Assembly (NCBI GenBank): GCA_036493755.1
Contig: DASXPG010000139.1
Coordinates: 955 to 64,954, forward strand
Origin: Gemmatimonadales bacterium
GTDB taxonomy: Bacteria; Gemmatimonadota; Gemmatimonadetes; Gemmatimonadales; JACORV01
Reading direction: 5' to 3'
Length of the DNA stretch: 64,000 nt
A program made the translations under genes and the position numbers. Numbering within the stretch: the stretch's first letter is position 1; each line of letters begins with the position of its first letter. The notes beneath the pieces are model-generated. The model did no database searches and was not told the origin of the DNA. It saw nothing but the letters and a program-made list of their open reading frames with translations. Below are positions 60,859 to 64,000 of this stretch, one piece after another.

Positions 60859-63027
60859 ATGACGGCCGTCCGTGTCCCGTCGATTCCGGGGCTCACCGAT
60901 GTCCTGGAGCTGTACGCCGACCGGCTCGATCTGGACCTGATCGAGCGGGCCTGGCAGCTCTCTTCGCGCGCCCACAAGGGACAAAAGCGCTGGAGCGGTG
61001 ACGCCGCGGTCAGCCACGGCATCGCGGTGGCGCGCATCCTGATCGAGCAGCATCTCGATTCGCCGTCGATTGCCTGCGGCCTGCTGCACGATGTTGCCGA
61101 AGACACCGAAGTCACCATCGCCGAGCTGGAGAAGGAGTTCGGCCCCGAGGTGGCGTCGATCGTCGACGGTCTCACCAAGATCAGCTCGCTGACGTTCCGC
61201 TCCAGCGCCGAGGAGCAGGTCGAGAATTACCGCAAGCTGCTGGTCTCGGTGGCGCGCGACGCGCGCGTGGTGATCATCAAGCTCGCCGACCGGCTCCACA
61301 ACATGCGCACCCTGGAGCACCTGCCGCCCGAAAAGCAGCGCCGCATCGCCCTGGAAACGCGCGAGATCTACGCGCCGCTGGCGCATCGATTCGGCATGGG
61401 CCAGGCCCGCGCCGAGCTGGAAGACCTGGCCTTCAAGTTCCTCGAGCCCGACGACTACAAGCTGCTGGCCAGGAAAATCGTGGCCAAGCGCGGCGAGCGC
61501 GAAGACCTGGTCGAGAAGATGCGCGAGCCGCTGAAGCGCGCGCTCGAGAAGGCGGGGATCGCCGACGTCGAGGTCACCGGGCGGCCCAAGCATCTCTATT
61601 CGATTTTCCGGAAGATCCAGACCCGCGACCTGCCGTACGAATCGATCTACGACCTGATGGCGATCCGGGTGCTGGTCAACTCCGTCCCCGATTGCTACCA
61701 CGCGCTGGGCATCATCCACGCGCACTGGACCCCGCTCCAGGAACGGATCAAGGACTACATCGCGCAACCCAAGTCGAACGGCTACCAGTCGCTGCATACC
61801 ACGATCTTCGGGCCGGGCGGGCACCTGTACGAAATCCAGCTCCGCACCCGCGAGATGCATCACACCGCCGAGTACGGTATCGCGGCGCACTGGCTCTACA
61901 AGGAAGGCCGTCCCGGCGATGAGCTGGACCGCCACCTTCAGTGGTTCCGGCAGCTGCTCGACCGCCAGCAGGAGGCGCAGACGCCGCAGGAGTTCCTCGA
62001 ATTCCTGCGCATCGACCTCTACCAGGACGAGATCTTCGTCTTCACCCCCGAGGGCGACGTCAAGCAATTGCCCAAGGGCGCGACGCCGATCGATTTCGCC
62101 TTCGCGGTCCACACCGAGGTCGGCATCCGCTGCCAAGGCGCCAAGGTCAACGGCCGCATCGCGCCGCTGCATCGTACCCTCAAGAACGGCGACGCCGTCG
62201 AAATCCTGACCTCGCCGAACGCGCGGCCGTCGCAGGACTGGCTGGCGCACGTGCGCACCGGCCGGGCCCGCCAGAAAATCCGCCAGTGGATCAAGCAGGA
62301 AGAGCACGAGGCGTCGGTGGCCCTCGGCCAGGAGATCATCGCCCGCGAAGTGCGCCGGCGGCGGCTGTCGAAGATCACCGATGAGCAGCGCGAGACCGCG
62401 GCCCGCTCGTTAGGCCTGGGCGGCGCCGCGTATCTCGAGGCGGCGCTCGGCCGGGGCGACATCGGCACGGCGCAGGTGCTGCGCGCCCTCTTCCCCGAGC
62501 TGCCCGAAGAGGCCGCCGAGTCACCGCCGCCCCCGCCGCCGACCGCGATCGGGCGGCTGGTGCAGCGGATGCGGGTCGGCCGCGGGGTCAAGATCCAGGG
62601 CGTCGACGGATTGATGGTGCGTTACTCGCAATGCTGCCAGCCGGTTCCCGGCGACAAGGTCAGCGGCTACGTCACGCGCGGGCGCGGCATCAGCATCCAC
62701 CGCTTCGATTGCCCGAACCTCCTGTCACTCGACGATCCCGAGCGGCGGATGGATCTGGACTGGCAGGAAGTCGAAGGCGAGCTGTTCACGGTGAAGGTGT
62801 CCCTGGCCGGCGAGGACCGGCGCGGCCTCTACGCCGACGTCTGCACCGCGATTTCCGGGACGGGAACCAACATCCGCGGCATCGAGCTCACCAGCGGCGA
62901 AGGCGGGATGATCGGCTACGCGCTGGTGGAAGTCGAAAATCTCTCCCATCTCAACAAGGTGATGAAGGCGGTTCGCAAGGTGAAAGGCGTGACCGACGTC
63001 GGCCGCCGCGAACGCGTCGAGACCTGA
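60859..63027 (+). CDS. rel: Long RelA/SpoT homologue, (p)ppGpp synthetase/hydrolase
   Basis: LLHDVAED, KLADRLHNMRT, GRPKHLYS, KDYIA.PK.NGYQSLH, EIQ.RT, TGS, CC.PVPGD, ACT. Confidence 0.96.
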   Translation: MTAVRVPSIPGLTDVLELYADRLDLDLIERAWQLSSRAHKGQKRWSGDAAVSHGIAVARILIEQHLDSPSIACGLLHDVAEDTEVTIAELEKEFGPEVASIVDGLTKISSLTFRSSAEEQVENYRKLLVSVARDARVVIIKLADRLHNMRTLEHLPPEKQRRIALETREIYAPLAHRFGMGQARAELEDLAFKFLEPDDYKLLARKIVAKRGEREDLVEKMREPLKRALEKAGIADVEVTGRPKHLYSIFRKIQTRDLPYESIYDLMAIRVLVNSVPDCYHALGIIHAHWTPLQERIKDYIAQPKSNGYQSLHTTIFGPGGHLYEIQLRTREMHHTAEYGIAAHWLYKEGRPGDELDRHLQWFRQLLDRQQEAQTPQEFLEFLRIDLYQDEIFVFTPEGDVKQLPKGATPIDFAFAVHTEVGIRCQGAKVNGRIAPLHRTLKNGDAVEILTSPNARPSQDWLAHVRTGRARQKIRQWIKQEEHEASVALGQEIIAREVRRRRLSKITDEQRETAARSLGLGGAAYLEAALGRGDIGTAQVLRALFPELPEEAAESPPPPPPTAIGRLVQRMRVGRGVKIQGVDGLMVRYSQCCQPVPGDKVSGYVTRGRGISIHRFDCPNLLSLDDPERRMDLDWQEVEGELFTVKVSLAGEDRRGLYADVCTAISGTGTNIRGIELTSGEGGMIGYALVEVENLSHLNKVMKAVRKVKGVTDVGRRERVET

Positions 63028-63031
63028 GAGG

Positions 63032-63385
63032 TCAGTGATCCAGCGCGGCGGCGACGCCGCGGTTGTGCCGCCAGGAATAGAGATAGGCCGCCGTTACCAG
63101 CGATGTGGGCACCCACCAGAGCGGTGACTTCCTGCGGTGCAGAGCGGCCGTCCACAGCGTAACCCCGCCGATCAGCGCGTAGTTCCCGGCGTACAGCCAT
63201 GCCTGGTGATGCGGGTCGTACAGCAACGCGGACACCGGGTTGCGTTCGACGCAGCCTCTGCACGCGAAGGTGCTGTGCAGATCGAGCGTTCCCGCGCCGG
63301 TCATCAAAGCCGCGGGACCAACCGTGGGTACGTGCGCGCACGCTCCAACGGTCACGGCCAGCAGCACAGATGCAAACCACTTCAT
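63032..63385 (-). CDS. Small hypothetical membrane lipoprotein
   Basis: MKWFASVLLAVTVGAC lipobox, D..ST...G..E.NP motif, two hydrophobic helices. Confidence 0.55.
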   Translation of the reverse strand: MKWFASVLLAVTVGACAHVPTVGPAALMTGAGTLDLHSTFACRGCVERNPVSALLYDPHHQAWLYAGNYALIGGVTLWTAALHRRKSPLWWVPTSLVTAAYLYSWRHNRGVAAALDH

Positions 63386-63489
63386 GCGATCCCCGAAACG
63401 CAAATTGGGTGCCCGGTGGATCGTGAGGCGCGCCGCCGATCAGCGTATGTGTCTGCACCACTCTGGAGCCCTCCGGCTTATCTTTGGAC

Positions 63490-64000
63490 GTGCCATCGCT
63501 CAGCGTCGAAGCACCGTTCAAACCCGCCGGCCACCAGCCGCAGGCCATCGCCGAGCTGGTCAGGGGGTTCAACCGCGGCGATCCCTACCAGGTCCTGTTG
63601 GGTGTTACCGGGTCGGGGAAGACGATGACGGTGGCCCACGTCATCGCCGAGCTGGGGATGCCGGCGCTGATCCTGAGCCATAACAAGACCCTGGCGGCGC
63701 AGCTCTACGGCGAGTTCAAGGGATTCCTTCCCTCGAATGCCGTCGAGTACTTCATCTCCTACTACGACTACTACCAGCCCGAAGCCTACGTCCCCTCGAC
63801 CGACACCTACATCGAGAAGGACGCGTCGATCAACGCCGACATCGAGCGGCTCCGCCTGCGCGCCACGTCGAGCCTGGTCGAGCGCGAGGACGTCGTGACC
63901 GTCGCCACAGTATCGGCGATCTACGGCCTCGGCGATCCCGTCCAGTACCGCGAGCAGATGGTGCACGTGAAGGTCGGCGACACCACGGGCCGGCGGCCGC
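63490..64000 (+). CDS. uvrB: Excinuclease ABC subunit B, partial (runs off the window)
   Basis: Not in the ORF track. [48 protein letters not shown]. Confidence 0.96.
   Translation, partial: MPSLSVEAPFKPAGHQPQAIAELVRGFNRGDPYQVLLGVTGSGKTMTVAHVIAELGMPALILSHNKTLAAQLYGEFKGFLPSNAVEYFISYYDYYQPEAYVPSTDTYIEKDASINADIERLRLRATSSLVEREDVVTVATVSAIYGLGDPVQYREQMVHVKVGDTTGRRP

Overview
High-GC (roughly 68% by eye) bacterial core-chromosome segment, probably Gemmatimonadota; this is inferred from the kinase-TPR, DUF2911, SecA and RpoA architectures. Almost all genes are on the + strand. In order, it holds GH3/NamZ, PI(P)-synthase-like/ino1/membrane PPase, a Cu P1B-ATPase, two DUF2911 paralogues, a Ser/Thr kinase, 2-oxoacid dehydrogenase E1a/E1b/E2, redox genes, aspA, moeB, tRNA-Leu(CAG), smpB, an amidase, pyrD/pyrF, a free-standing rpmJ-rplQ alpha operon, rpmB, a large nucleotide-sugar cluster interleaved with carB and murB, bamD, nadD, secA, radC, an MBOAT/SGNH-like pair, rel and the start of uvrB. 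I saw no integrase, transposase, CRISPR array or rRNA. Three DNA-level signals are not explained by the genes. (1) A strand-skewed (C)GTTAGGC word occurs at least 17 times in different reading frames, resembling a Chi/KOPS/uptake-type motif. (2) About ten degenerate 7-9 bp tandem-repeat arrays, often in inverted pairs, sit in gene junctions, signal peptides and linkers. (3) TANNNT boxes lie 5-9 nt before nine start codons, suggesting widespread leaderless transcription. Protein oddities include a 39-aa membrane peptide coupled to CopA, DKTAT in CopA, a histone-H1-like N-terminus on MurB, a 4-Cys insert in SecA and a Cys-rich tail on an MBL hydrolase. All counts were made by eye and no database searches were run.
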